NCBI GenBank assembly: GCA_019058445.1
Contig: JAHPZA010000004.1
Coordinates: 224,001-288,000 of the forward strand
Source of the DNA: Promethearchaeota archaeon
Lineage (GTDB): Archaea; Asgardarchaeota; Lokiarchaeia; Sigyniarchaeales; SOKP01
Length of the DNA: 64,000 bases
Reading direction: 5' to 3'
This document shows positions 36,697 through 46,780 of this stretch, piece after piece. Position numbers and translations under genes: made by a program. The notes below the pieces were generated by a model that worked only from the letters and a program-made list of their open reading frames with translations, was not told the origin of the DNA and made no database searches. Positions within the stretch are counted from its first letter, which is position 1, and each line of letters begins with the position of its first letter.

Positions 36697-37305
36697 GTGA
36701 TTGCTATCGGAGGAGAAAAATACGAGGATATGCTGGAGTATCGCTTAAAACAGCTGGAAAAAAGCAGAAAACCAGCGAGGGAAGCATCAAGTTTCTATAT
36801 TGTGTGGTCCAATATCGATAGGAAAGAAACACGATATTCCTCGTTTGATTCGATTCCCATAGATGTCAAAAATGACGAGATAAACTACGAAATAATGAAG
36901 ATACGTTATGAACGTCAAGAGCGCCGCACTCAAAAAACTGGGATGTTTGCTCCGACAATCGTAGAGCGGTCAGGGTATTCATATTACGAAAAATTGCTGC
37001 ATATTCTGTTAATAAAACGGGATTATAAAGAGAATAAAGACTTTGTGCACCTTTTTCGGTTTGAAAGTCAACCTTATGTTTTGGATTTTGCGTTTGTGAA
37101 AGAAAAATTAGATATTGAATGCGATGGAGAGCCTTGGCATGAAAAATGCAGAAATCGCGAAGAAGACAGGCTACGGGATGAGTATTTAAGAAAAAAGGGG
37201 TGGAAAATATTAAGGTTTAAATTTAAATCTGGTACTATAAAAGATACTTTAATTAATGCCATAAAACAAATCGACCTAGAAATTAAGAAAATGAGAAAAT
37301 CCTAA
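36697..37305 (+). CDS. DUF559/Vsr-like PD-(D/E)xK endonuclease
   Basis: YVLDFAF...LDIECDGEPWH...DRLRDEYLRKKGWKILRF. Confidence 0.85.
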   Translation: MIAIGGEKYEDMLEYRLKQLEKSRKPAREASSFYIVWSNIDRKETRYSSFDSIPIDVKNDEINYEIMKIRYERQERRTQKTGMFAPTIVERSGYSYYEKLLHILLIKRDYKENKDFVHLFRFESQPYVLDFAFVKEKLDIECDGEPWHEKCRNREEDRLRDEYLRKKGWKILRFKFKSGTIKDTLINAIKQIDLEIKKMRKS

Positions 37306-37335
37306 CACAAATAGTAATTTGATGCTTCCAAAAAT

Positions 37336-37941
37336 CTAATGACCATGACGAATGTTAGAAACGGTTTTTGATTCAATAGAGAAATAAATGAAATCAACAA
37401 TTACACCATTCCCGATTGGACTTGCTGCAGAGAGACCGACTTTAACTTCGGTCGATACAGGTAGATTGAAATATCGTACCATTTTCCATTTAATGCCATC
37501 CAAGGAATAGTGCATTCCAAAAGTATTATTAACCCTTACTATTTGAAGCCATATATCCTCTTGATTAATGTCAACACTATTTGCATCATCTGATAAACCG
37601 TTTGTAATAACACTTACTATAGCATTAGTTCCATAATCAGTTTTTTCAAAAGCTAATTTACACCATTTTTTATCATTTTCTCTTATAATTAGACTACCTT
37701 GATCGTAGACTTGTTTAAAATTAGGTTTTAAATGCAACTTGGTAACGAAATTATTTTTCACATTTATATACAAGAAAGGTGCTGAATCATGGGATGCCAC
37801 TCCAGAAGGATCTCGAAAGAAATCAACCCGTTTTGGTGCAGTAATTCTTAAAATACCATTGTTTATCGTCCATTCCTCTGGGGCATCTAACCAAGATAAT
37901 TTGCCTAAATAATTTCTTTTAATTGCATTGAGTAAGTTCAT
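37336..37941 (-). CDS. DUF1349 (Ree1-like, ConA-fold) protein
   Basis: DFFRDP, APFLY, YDQGSL, WCKLAFE, VSVITNGLSDDAN, YSLDG..W..VRYF. Confidence 0.8.
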   Translation of the reverse strand: MNLLNAIKRNYLGKLSWLDAPEEWTINNGILRITAPKRVDFFRDPSGVASHDSAPFLYINVKNNFVTKLHLKPNFKQVYDQGSLIIRENDKKWCKLAFEKTDYGTNAIVSVITNGLSDDANSVDINQEDIWLQIVRVNNTFGMHYSLDGIKWKMVRYFNLPVSTEVKVGLSAASPIGNGVIVDFIYFSIESKTVSNIRHGH

Positions 37942-38186
37942 AACTAATGGAAAATCTCTTTCTTTAAAAAATATTTTTATATTAATTATGTTATTAATCC
38001 ATTAAAATTGAGTCTATAATGGTCATTTTAGAAAGTCTTACATCCAGAAATTTAAATAAATTGGTAAAAGGGCTAGAATTTCATTTCGATATTTATACTT
38101 TATTTTGTTAGTGTAATTCTTTAAAGAAGGAGTTAATCTAATACTTTATCAATATTAATTATAGATTTAAATTAGAATAAATCTTA

Positions 38187-38999
38187 ATGAGAAATATGAA
38201 GTTTATAGATCTTTCGATCCCGATAATAAATCCCGAGGAGGCCATTTTTGATCCTCCTTTAACCACTCCTAAGATAGAATACAGTGATCATGATACTGGC
38301 GCGGAACAAATGGGATTTGTATTTCCTAAGATAAAGCCAAAAGAACATCTCCCCGATGGGAAAGGTTGGGCTGTAGAGAGTATCACTTTAGGCACTCACA
38401 GCGGAACGCATATGGATGCCCCGTGGCATTTTGCCCCTGTACAAGATAAGGAAATTGGGCAAAGAAAGGCAATGACGATCGATGAATTTCCATTAGAATG
38501 GGGTATAGGTCCCCTTATTGTGCTTGATTGCACAGATTATGAAGAAGGATATGTTATGACCCCAAATGATATCGATAAGAAATTAGACAATATTGGGCAT
38601 AAATTACAGGAAGGAGATATTCTATGTGTTCATACAAATGCTCCAAAACATTATGGGACAAAGGAATATATCAACCACGGGGTAGGAGTAGGAAAAAATG
38701 CTACGCTGCATATAATTAGACAAGGAGTTCACGTAGTAGGGATTGATGCATGGAGTTGGGACGCTCCATTCACGATCACGGCAAAAAAATGGAAAAAATC
38801 AGTAAAGGAAAAACAACCGGACAAATCTATTATCTGGGAGGGGCATTTTGCTGGAATAGAATTAGGATATTTTCAAATGGAAAAAATGCTAAATTTAGAT
38901 AAAGTACCTCCCGTAGGAGCAACAATATATTGCTTTCCTGTAAAAATTGCAAGAGCATCGGCAGGCTGGGTCAGAGCGGTGGCAACGGTACCCGAGTGA
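38187..38999 (+). CDS. Cyclase-family metal hydrolase (kynurenine formamidase-like)
   Basis: IDLS, HSGTHMDAPWHF, VGIDAWSWD, EKMLNL, FPVKI. Confidence 0.9.
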   Translation: MRNMKFIDLSIPIINPEEAIFDPPLTTPKIEYSDHDTGAEQMGFVFPKIKPKEHLPDGKGWAVESITLGTHSGTHMDAPWHFAPVQDKEIGQRKAMTIDEFPLEWGIGPLIVLDCTDYEEGYVMTPNDIDKKLDNIGHKLQEGDILCVHTNAPKHYGTKEYINHGVGVGKNATLHIIRQGVHVVGIDAWSWDAPFTITAKKWKKSVKEKQPDKSIIWEGHFAGIELGYFQMEKMLNLDKVPPVGATIYCFPVKIARASAGWVRAVATVPE

Positions 39000-39040
39000 A
39001 ATAGTGATTATTTTAAATAAAATTAAAAAAAAATCCCTTT

Positions 39041-41275
39041 TTATTCTTCTGTGAATATTTCTTCTACAATCAGAGCATCATCCCTAAAGGGAGCGAGCAT
39101 GCCATTCCAGTCAGCTAAGACACTTTTATGCTTCTTTTCGAATCTATTAATAAATTGTATTAATTGTTCTCTAATTTCAGATGTTTGACTTCCTTTTATG
39201 AATAACGCGCCAAAAAAGTTAAATCCGTATTCCAGCAATATAGTAATATCTCCGTGGTCTATGGTCTTTAATAATTCAGAAGATTTCGTGGTCTCTTTAA
39301 TAAAGGACGTAAGAGCAGTGAACATGCCTGAGACAAGACCAGGATCTTGGAGCTGGTCTTTGACAAAGGGATAATTGAGAATATCTCTCCCGTCTTTATA
39401 AATTACGTAAAGCCCTTGCTTCTCTACTTTCGCATACCTATATTTAAATTCAGGTTGCCAGATCTTAATTTTATGAGTCTTGAAAAGTGAGTTCAGCGTA
39501 TAGTAGAGTTGTTTTTTCTCAGCTTCAGCAGAAGGTAAGATTTCCTGTAAGAATTTATCTTGTTCGAGGGTATTTAGTAAACGTTTGAATTCTTCAGTCT
39601 CTTGTTCTATACTCTCTTCAGTAAATTCATGATTTCTCGTAATTAAATACCGGTCAGCTTCATCATTGTATTCTTTATGAGTTAAGAAACCTCCAATCGT
39701 GGTAAATAACGCTTTTTCTACGAATTTATCATCGATAGTTGTTGTTTTTACCTTGAACTCTCTTTGAAAATAATAAATCATTATGCCCCAAAATATCGTC
39801 GCCATTAGATATCTGGTAAAGAGATAGGGTAGAGCCAATATGCCTAATAAAGTAAGCTTCCCTTCAGGAAAAAGGTTGGCGTCAAAAGTTGCCGTTCTAA
39901 AAGTATAGAAAGTAAATCCAAAGGCATCGGTATAGCTTAGTTGTCCTGTCAACCAATATTCAATAGGTGCAAAACTAATTAAGGGATTTGCCCCTAAATA
40001 ATAAAAAATAATAGAAAAAACCATAATAATAGAGAAAAACACAATAATACCTAAAACAATACTTCTCAAGTATTTTAAGCTATATGCAAAGATATAGGCT
40101 GTGATGAAAATAGGAATTATCGTCAATACCACTATATTAAATATGTTCATAAGGTCAAATCTAAATGAATTGCGTAAGGTAGGGTTTTTATAACTGAATT
40201 TAGCTGAGTTTATGATGATACGATGTTCCTCACCAAACATGGCGATAAGAGTATTAAAAACGACAATAGATAAAATGAAAAAAATACCTGTAGCCACTGC
40301 ACTTGCCACGACCATATAAAGCCAATTTGTTGCTTTAAATTTCTGCGCTTTCTCTTTCCTTGTTTTCCAATATTCAATAATTTTCACAAAGATTAAGATC
40401 GAGATGGGTTCAAATAATTTTAGAAATAGCACGAAGATAATCGAAACCATGATAAAATATGCGAAAAAATAAATTATGATGAAGATGGATGCGGTGTATT
40501 GAACAATAAAGAGAATAAGAGATAAAATGGAAATTGGTGCGCCAACACTGTAGAGAGATCTGTAGGTTTGTTTTCGCAGTTTGATACCCCAGTATCGTCC
40601 TTTTATCGCAATTTTACTTGAAAATAACAACTCAATACTAAAAATTAAAGTTGCCAGATATACAAGTAAGATCTCGATAAACCATCCTAAAGCAGACTCC
40701 CCCGTCGTTAATGAGATATTTTGTAACCCGGATATATCTAAAATAGTCTGTAGTAGGTAAAGAGAGATGGGTAATAAGACGATCATCAGTTTTAAGATTT
40801 CTTTCTCACGGGTCCAATCATTTCTAAATAACTCGTTTCGGATTTTATCAAACGGACTTTCATCGAATTCATAAGTTAGATGCTTTAAGTTATCTTCTAT
40901 TGTTCCTTCTTCGCTCCTAAGATGGTTCCATAACAAAATAAAGGAAATAAACGGAGCAACAAGGAATATAAAAGGTAGTGTAACAAGAGGATAAAACGCA
41001 AATAAGGAAAATAGCGATCCTATATGCGCAGCCATGTATCTGATTCCCAATGCAAAGTTCTCACTGCTAGCATCCTCAGTAACTAGTTTATTAGGAGTTT
41101 GCCCTACTTGAAAGATTATTGGAAGAACCCAATATATTAAATAAAAGCTAATTGCCCCGGCGATAATTCGAAAATAATATTTCCCGATGTTCTTCTTCCA
41201 TATGAAAAAGAGAGGAATAATCAAAATAAGAAGTGGTAAACCATTAAGAAAAAATGAGAAGAAAATTTCAATCAT
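39041..41275 (-). CDS. Polytopic membrane protein with C-terminal longin-like domain
   Basis: About 11-12 TM in the first ~500 aa. C-terminus GLYVIYKDGRDIL...DPGLVSGMFTALTSFIKET...TIDHGDITILLEYG...FINRFEKKH...DWNG matches the Asgard longin pattern. Confidence 0.75.
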   Translation of the reverse strand: MIEIFFSFFLNGLPLLILIIPLFFIWKKNIGKYYFRIIAGAISFYLIYWVLPIIFQVGQTPNKLVTEDASSENFALGIRYMAAHIGSLFSLFAFYPLVTLPFIFLVAPFISFILLWNHLRSEEGTIEDNLKHLTYEFDESPFDKIRNELFRNDWTREKEILKLMIVLLPISLYLLQTILDISGLQNISLTTGESALGWFIEILLVYLATLIFSIELLFSSKIAIKGRYWGIKLRKQTYRSLYSVGAPISILSLILFIVQYTASIFIIIYFFAYFIMVSIIFVLFLKLFEPISILIFVKIIEYWKTRKEKAQKFKATNWLYMVVASAVATGIFFILSIVVFNTLIAMFGEEHRIIINSAKFSYKNPTLRNSFRFDLMNIFNIVVLTIIPIFITAYIFAYSLKYLRSIVLGIIVFFSIIMVFSIIFYYLGANPLISFAPIEYWLTGQLSYTDAFGFTFYTFRTATFDANLFPEGKLTLLGILALPYLFTRYLMATIFWGIMIYYFQREFKVKTTTIDDKFVEKALFTTIGGFLTHKEYNDEADRYLITRNHEFTEESIEQETEEFKRLLNTLEQDKFLQEILPSAEAEKKQLYYTLNSLFKTHKIKIWQPEFKYRYAKVEKQGLYVIYKDGRDILNYPFVKDQLQDPGLVSGMFTALTSFIKETTKSSELLKTIDHGDITILLEYGFNFFGALFIKGSQTSEIREQLIQFINRFEKKHKSVLADWNGMLAPFRDDALIVEEIFTEE

Positions 41276-41385
41276 GATTTTTAGATCCCAATTTTTTTGC
41301 GTAAGAGTTAAAATCTATTTAAAACAAATGTATATAAATTCTTTTATAATAGATAGGAAATATTAAATATTTTTAATTTTGGATT

Positions 41386-42483
41386 ATGACGGAAGATCAG
41401 AAGATTGGGATTATTATTGATGTAGATTTTGCGAGAAAACACAATCCCCCCTACCAACACCCGATTTTTCTTTCTTATGAAAATCCACTTAGAATAAAAG
41501 CAATTTTGGAATATTTTAAAAAGATAAACTTATGGGAAGACCACAGAATCACTAAACTACAACCCAAGCTAATGAATGAGGAGATTTTGAATTTAGCTCA
41601 TACTAAGTACTATATCGATACAGTAGTGCGGCTTTCCGATTTTGGAAGTGGTATTCTTGATGAGGAAGTGTTCATTACAAAAGACACCTTTTCCTTAGCA
41701 AAAAAAGCAGTAGGCGGAACCATACAGGCTTTAGAAAAGGTGATAAATAAGGAAGTATCTCAATCACTAGCTCTTGTTAGACCTCCTGGGCATCATGCAT
41801 TACGTGAAAAAGGCTCTGGATTATGCATATTCAATAACATCGCCAATAGTATTCTATATCTAAGAAAAAAATTAGGCTACAATAAGAAAATTGCCATAAT
41901 AGATATTGACGATCATTTTGGCGACGGATTGGTTCAATATTTTTACGATGACCCCAATGTGCTTTATTTTTCTGTCCATGAGTTTGATTTCTTAGAGAAT
42001 GACATTGGATTTATAAACGAACTAGGAGAGGGAGAAGGTTTAGGGAAAAACATTAATTTTCCGGTACCTGAGGGAATTACTGACAAGGAATTTTTAGTAT
42101 TTTTTAATATTTTAGAGCCAATTTTAAAAGAATATACTCCAGATCTTATTATTGTGGCTATGGGATTTGATATGTATTTTAATGATCCCATTGGAAATTG
42201 TTTCCTAACAACTATCTCTTACAATAAGTTTGCTAAAAAAATTTTAAGTATAGCAGAAGATCTCTGTGAAGGTAAACTCGCTTTTATATTAGAGGGAGGT
42301 TATAGTCTTATAGGGTTACCATTTTGCGTTCAGGCTGTTTTAAGTAGTCTATTAAAAGAAGAGTATGAGCCACCTTTATTCGAAAAGTTTCTTTTTTCTA
42401 GTGAGTCAAAAATGGAGGAAGTACTTGAAATTAAATTAAAATTAGAGAGTCTCTTAGGTAATTACTGGAATTGTTTAAAATAA
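41386..42483 (+). CDS. Zn-dependent deacetylase, HDAC/AcuC/APAH family
   Basis: RPPGHHA, GLCIFNN, IDIDDHFGDG, SVHE, GFDMYFNDP, LEGGY. Confidence 0.92.
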   Translation: MTEDQKIGIIIDVDFARKHNPPYQHPIFLSYENPLRIKAILEYFKKINLWEDHRITKLQPKLMNEEILNLAHTKYYIDTVVRLSDFGSGILDEEVFITKDTFSLAKKAVGGTIQALEKVINKEVSQSLALVRPPGHHALREKGSGLCIFNNIANSILYLRKKLGYNKKIAIIDIDDHFGDGLVQYFYDDPNVLYFSVHEFDFLENDIGFINELGEGEGLGKNINFPVPEGITDKEFLVFFNILEPILKEYTPDLIIVAMGFDMYFNDPIGNCFLTTISYNKFAKKILSIAEDLCEGKLAFILEGGYSLIGLPFCVQAVLSSLLKEEYEPPLFEKFLFSSESKMEEVLEIKLKLESLLGNYWNCLK

Positions 42484-42504
42484 TGAAAAAAAATTATTGA
42501 TTTT

Positions 42505-42909
42505 TTATAAAATCTCTGAAAGTTTCTTAGCATATTCTTGTACTGCGAATAAAGCGTCACGTGGCCCCACTTGAGGATTAATATAGCATACTAATGCGCC
42601 AGTACCTCCAATTGGGACGGGAGCTATAATCAAATGTCCCTTCCCGGTAATATTGGTTCCGATCTTCCTTTCTTCAGTGTTCTCCACAATCATATATTTA
42701 ATCCCGAGTATCGAGATACTAGTCATCCCTTTTTGACCGAGTTCTAATTTTGTTTGAACAAGCTCGTTAATTTGCGCCAAATCCCCGGTAATGTCCCAAT
42801 TATCAGTTTGCGTTAATAAGGTGCCGTCTCGGTTTATGATAGCAATCCCAAAGACGTTTTGTTCCTCATTTAATAAATCATCAATAATAGCTTCGATATT
42901 AGAAGACAT
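42505..42909 (-). CDS. Profilin (Lokiarchaeal type)
   Basis: IIDDLL...GIAII..DG....QT.NW....L..KG.TS.SI.GIKYMIVENTEERKIGTNITGKGH...GPRD; closely matches my memory of characterised Loki profilins, including the Loki-loop. Confidence 0.92.
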   Translation of the reverse strand: MSSNIEAIIDDLLNEEQNVFGIAIINRDGTLLTQTDNWDITGDLAQINELVQTKLELGQKGMTSISILGIKYMIVENTEERKIGTNITGKGHLIIAPVPIGGTGALVCYINPQVGPRDALFAVQEYAKKLSEIL

Positions 42910-43090
42910 TTTACAATCTAATCTTTATCTTTTTTTACTATATAGAAATACTAATAGAAGTTATATTTAAATAATTAGGAAACGTTAAACCGATTATTAT
43001 CTTTTAATAGAGTATACCATTTTAATAGATAGAATTAAGAAAATAGTAAATTAAAAAAGCATCAACTAATAATAGAGAGGTTTATGTATA

Positions 43091-44287
43091 ATGACAATAA
43101 AAGAGGTTGAGCATGTGTTCGTCTATAAGGATAAAAAACTGGCGCATGCGTGCAATCAGGTCAGTCTTGTCGCACTTCGAAATGGGGAAGTCTTCATGGG
43201 ATTCAACGAAGAGAGATGGCCTATCCATGCCGACAGCGGACAATCATGTTTTATCAAATCTACAGACGGGGGAAAGAGTTGGGATCCCTCCACTAAGCAG
43301 GTTATTTGGCCCTACACCAAATTCATGGGTAATTGGGATTGTGCTTTTGCCCAAATATCAAATGGAACGATTTTAATGCACACAAGAGTGTGTAATTTTC
43401 TTGCACCCAGAGGGATCGCTTCAGAAGGTGACCAGATGCTAGGAATGCCTCCCCCAGGATTTCCAGAGCGCCTCAAAAGACAGACAGGGTATGCTATACT
43501 CAAATCCAAGGACGGAGGAAACACTTGGTCTGACCCTATTGAAATCAACACAAGCCCTATCGCCAGCTCATCGTTGAGTGCCTATGCCTGTGGAGGATCG
43601 GGTGCAGGACACATTATTGAGCTTCCTAACAAGGGATTATTAATGCCATTGGCAGGAACGTTATCGATGACAGGGGAATGGTTAGATGGATCCGGAACAG
43701 AATTGGAACGCTGCTTTTTGTTAAGGTCTGATGATGGTGGAAATAATTGGGAATATTGGTCCACTGTTGCTTATGATCCAGCTAGTATTATCAGTTTTGC
43801 AGAGCCTGGCATGGCACGTTTAAGAGATGGTAAACTTGTCTGCTTGATGAGAACAGCTCATAGACCAAAACGGCAAGATAATATGTGGTTCACTTGGTCG
43901 GATGACGATGGGGTTACGTGGAGCCCTCCAAAGAGAACTGCTCTCTGGGGCTACCCAGCAGATGTCATGCAGTTGAAAGATGGAAGAGTCCTAGCGGTCT
44001 ATGGATACAGAAAAACGCCATGGGGTGTGCGTGGCTGCATCTCAGAAGACGGCTTGACATGGGACATTGAAAACGAATTCGTCATTAGAGAAGGAGGAGT
44101 ACCGACGCCAAAGCCAGGCAAAGGTTCCCGTGGTCTTCAAGATATGCTGATCATGAGCCAATACTGGCATATTGGATATCCTAGTGTGACTCAATTGGAA
44201 GATGAAACTGTAATTGTTGGCTATCACGAGTACAGCGACGATGATATGCCCCTCCAATACCTGATGTGCACTCGTTTTAAAGTATAG
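43091..44287 (+). CDS. BNR/Asp-box beta-propeller (sialidase-fold) protein
   Basis: Five Asp boxes (STDGGKSW, SKDGGNTW, SDDGGNNW, SDDDGVTW, SEDGLTW), GYP motifs, no signal peptide. Confidence 0.85.
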   Translation: MTIKEVEHVFVYKDKKLAHACNQVSLVALRNGEVFMGFNEERWPIHADSGQSCFIKSTDGGKSWDPSTKQVIWPYTKFMGNWDCAFAQISNGTILMHTRVCNFLAPRGIASEGDQMLGMPPPGFPERLKRQTGYAILKSKDGGNTWSDPIEINTSPIASSSLSAYACGGSGAGHIIELPNKGLLMPLAGTLSMTGEWLDGSGTELERCFLLRSDDGGNNWEYWSTVAYDPASIISFAEPGMARLRDGKLVCLMRTAHRPKRQDNMWFTWSDDDGVTWSPPKRTALWGYPADVMQLKDGRVLAVYGYRKTPWGVRGCISEDGLTWDIENEFVIREGGVPTPKPGKGSRGLQDMLIMSQYWHIGYPSVTQLEDETVIVGYHEYSDDDMPLQYLMCTRFKV

Positions 44288-44511
44288 GCTTGGAGATTTA
44301 AATCTTGAGACAACGTATAACATGAAAATGAAAAAACATTAAAAGTATAAGCTCTGAATTCTGCTCTAGTTTTTCCTTTTTTTATATCTATAAATTTGTT
44401 ATTGATCCACAAATATTTTATTGGTACCATTTTATAATACTAATATTAAAGAAAAAATTAATTCAAAAACACTTCAAAATTTTTTAAAAAAAATATCGGT
44501 GAAATAATAAT

Positions 44512-45060
44512 ATGGCTTTAAGATTATGGAGAAAGGCTATTAAAATGACTCTCCGGGAAAAAAAGATATTTGTAATTTTTACAGGCATATATACAATATT
44601 AATCTTTTTAACAAGTTTTTTTATTGAGACTACCTTAAGTGCGGGAGAGGGATTTTTATCTAATTATTTCATAATGATTTTCTTTATTACAAGCTTAATT
44701 CTCTCTTTACTTTATGCGTGGCTAATTGTCTCGAGAAATAGAAGAATATTTGCCACTTTGAAATGCATTGGTTGGACTAACGGTAATATAAATTCTTTAG
44801 TTACAGGAATTATTATGTTTACAACGATCTCGGGTTTTATTCTTGTAATTGAAGGATTATTTCACTATGCTGCAATTATGGGGTATTTACAGTCTACTGG
44901 TAAAGGATTTGACGCTTATCCCTCAATTTTAATCAGTCTCACTCCAGTTGTTATTACGTTCGCAATGTTTCTATTTGTCCAAATAATTTCGATAATCTTG
45001 GCTAATAGAAAAGTATTAAAAGTAAGACCCGTGATTGCATTAAAACGGGTAGGTCAGTGA
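44512..45060 (+). CDS. ABC transporter permease, FtsX/LolE-like (no large extracytoplasmic loop)
   Basis: RRIFATLKCIGW motif, 4 TM, C-terminal PVIALK. Confidence 0.8.
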   Translation: MALRLWRKAIKMTLREKKIFVIFTGIYTILIFLTSFFIETTLSAGEGFLSNYFIMIFFITSLILSLLYAWLIVSRNRRIFATLKCIGWTNGNINSLVTGIIMFTTISGFILVIEGLFHYAAIMGYLQSTGKGFDAYPSILISLTPVVITFAMFLFVQIISIILANRKVLKVRPVIALKRVGQ

Positions 45061-45074
45061 GGTGATGAAAAAAA

Positions 45075-45758
45075 ATGCCAGTAAGTAAAGATGTAATGAT
45101 TGAGTGTATTGATGTAAATAAGGAATACAGGCGTGCTGGGGCTATTATCCGAGCTTTGGTAGATATAAATATTTCTATTAAATCCGGGGATTTTGTTATC
45201 GTTCAAGGTCCGACGGGTTGTGGTAAAAGCACTTTGTTAAATGTTATGTCTGGTTTAGACTTACCAGATTCAGGAAAAATTATATTTGACGGTGAAAATA
45301 TAGCCAGATCCAAAGAGGATAGATTAGCTAAGATTCGTAGACAAAAGGTTGGATTCGTGTTTCAGGATTTTAACCTTGTTAACACGCTAACCGCCATTGA
45401 AAATGTAGAAGCGATGTTATGGCCTACCGTTTTAAGATCAAAAGAAATTGAGAATCGAGCTATTGCTGCATTGCGTGATGTAAACATGCTCGAAAGAAAA
45501 GATCACTTTCCTGTAGAAATGAGTGGTGGGGAAAAACAGCGTGTGGCATTAGCAAGAGCTATTGTAGGAAAACCAAGAGTAGTTTTCGGAGATGAAGTTT
45601 CTGGAAATTTAGATCCTAAATCTGAGAAGGAAGTTATGGAACTCCTAAAGCAAATAAATCAAGATTATGAAACAACGATGATTATCGTAACGCATAGAGA
45701 AACTGTGGCGAAATATGGGGACAATATCATCAAAATGGATAAAGGACGAATTATTTAA
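45075..45758 (+). CDS. ABC transporter ATPase, LolD/MacB-like
   Basis: GPTGCGKS, GFVFQDFNL, MSGGEKQR, GDEVSGNLD, VTH. Confidence 0.93.
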   Translation: MPVSKDVMIECIDVNKEYRRAGAIIRALVDINISIKSGDFVIVQGPTGCGKSTLLNVMSGLDLPDSGKIIFDGENIARSKEDRLAKIRRQKVGFVFQDFNLVNTLTAIENVEAMLWPTVLRSKEIENRAIAALRDVNMLERKDHFPVEMSGGEKQRVALARAIVGKPRVVFGDEVSGNLDPKSEKEVMELLKQINQDYETTMIIVTHRETVAKYGDNIIKMDKGRII

Positions 45759-46019
45759 CAAATAACTTTTTTTATTTTATCTTTTTTTATGAAACAAAAT
45801 TCTGAAATAGTATCTTTAATAATTATTTTTTTTAACACTGGGATTCATAATTGAATAAGATTTAGGATGCCGCTCTCTATTTGTATTTTAATATATAATT
45901 AAAGATTGGACTCCTATAATTATAAAAAAAGAAATAAATATAAATAGAAAAACAGTCTTGAAATTATAAATAAAAATAATATAATAATTAAATTTTATAT
46001 ATCAAGGGAGTTAACAACC

Positions 46020-46592
46020 ATGGGATTCAAATTATGGCGATTTATTTGGACGGGAATCGTAGGAATGCTGTTTATGTTACCAACGGCGTATGCAACGTTT
46101 TATGCGTTTGATTTAATTGCTCTTCTTACTGGTGGTTTAATTCAAAATTTTTTCGTTTTAACCAGAACTTTGGGTGGTCCATTAATAGGTTTTTTAATAA
46201 GCGCATTCATTGGAGTTTTTTTAATATGTCTAATTCCAGTTCATTGGGCTCTTCTTAACCAACCTGATAATGTTATGTTAATGCTGGCTTTAGTACTTCC
46301 TTGGATTATTTGTTGTTCACTTATGGCATTATTAACAGCTAGAGATCCTCAAGAGGGAGTATATACAAGTTTCGCTATAGGCCTTGGACTTTTCATAATA
46401 ATGGTAATCATCTATTCTGTTCTAGCAGTATTATTGGCTAGATTTGGAGGAGGAGCGATTCTTGATAGTGCTTCAGTTGGGTTTACTGATTTACCATTTG
46501 TACTAGCAGCTTTTTTGGCAACAATGGAAGGCGCGGGAATTGGGGCTGTATTTGCAGCATTGTTTGGAAGTTTAAAATATGAACCTACGTAA
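46020..46592 (+). CDS. Hypothetical membrane protein
   Basis: 190 aa, about 5 Gly/Ala-rich TM helices. Confidence 0.7.
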   Translation: MGFKLWRFIWTGIVGMLFMLPTAYATFYAFDLIALLTGGLIQNFFVLTRTLGGPLIGFLISAFIGVFLICLIPVHWALLNQPDNVMLMLALVLPWIICCSLMALLTARDPQEGVYTSFAIGLGLFIIMVIIYSVLAVLLARFGGGAILDSASVGFTDLPFVLAAFLATMEGAGIGAVFAALFGSLKYEPT

Positions 46593-46780
46593 AAAATTTT
46601 TTAATATTTCTTTATGTTATTATTTTTTTTATATCATTTCGAAAAAAGTCTGATTTATTTTTCTGTAATAGCCTAAATGGAGTATTAAATTTTTAAGCAT
46701 TGAAAAGAAAGATTTATAATAGAATACAATATAAGTGTATTAAATAACTTTTAATATCAACATTTGGATGATGTATTTAG

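Noticed and set aside
43015-44435. TACCATTTTA direct repeat flanking the sialidase-fold gene as a target-site duplication
   Set aside because: A 10-bp AT-rich match is plausible by chance; no terminal inverted repeats or transposase.
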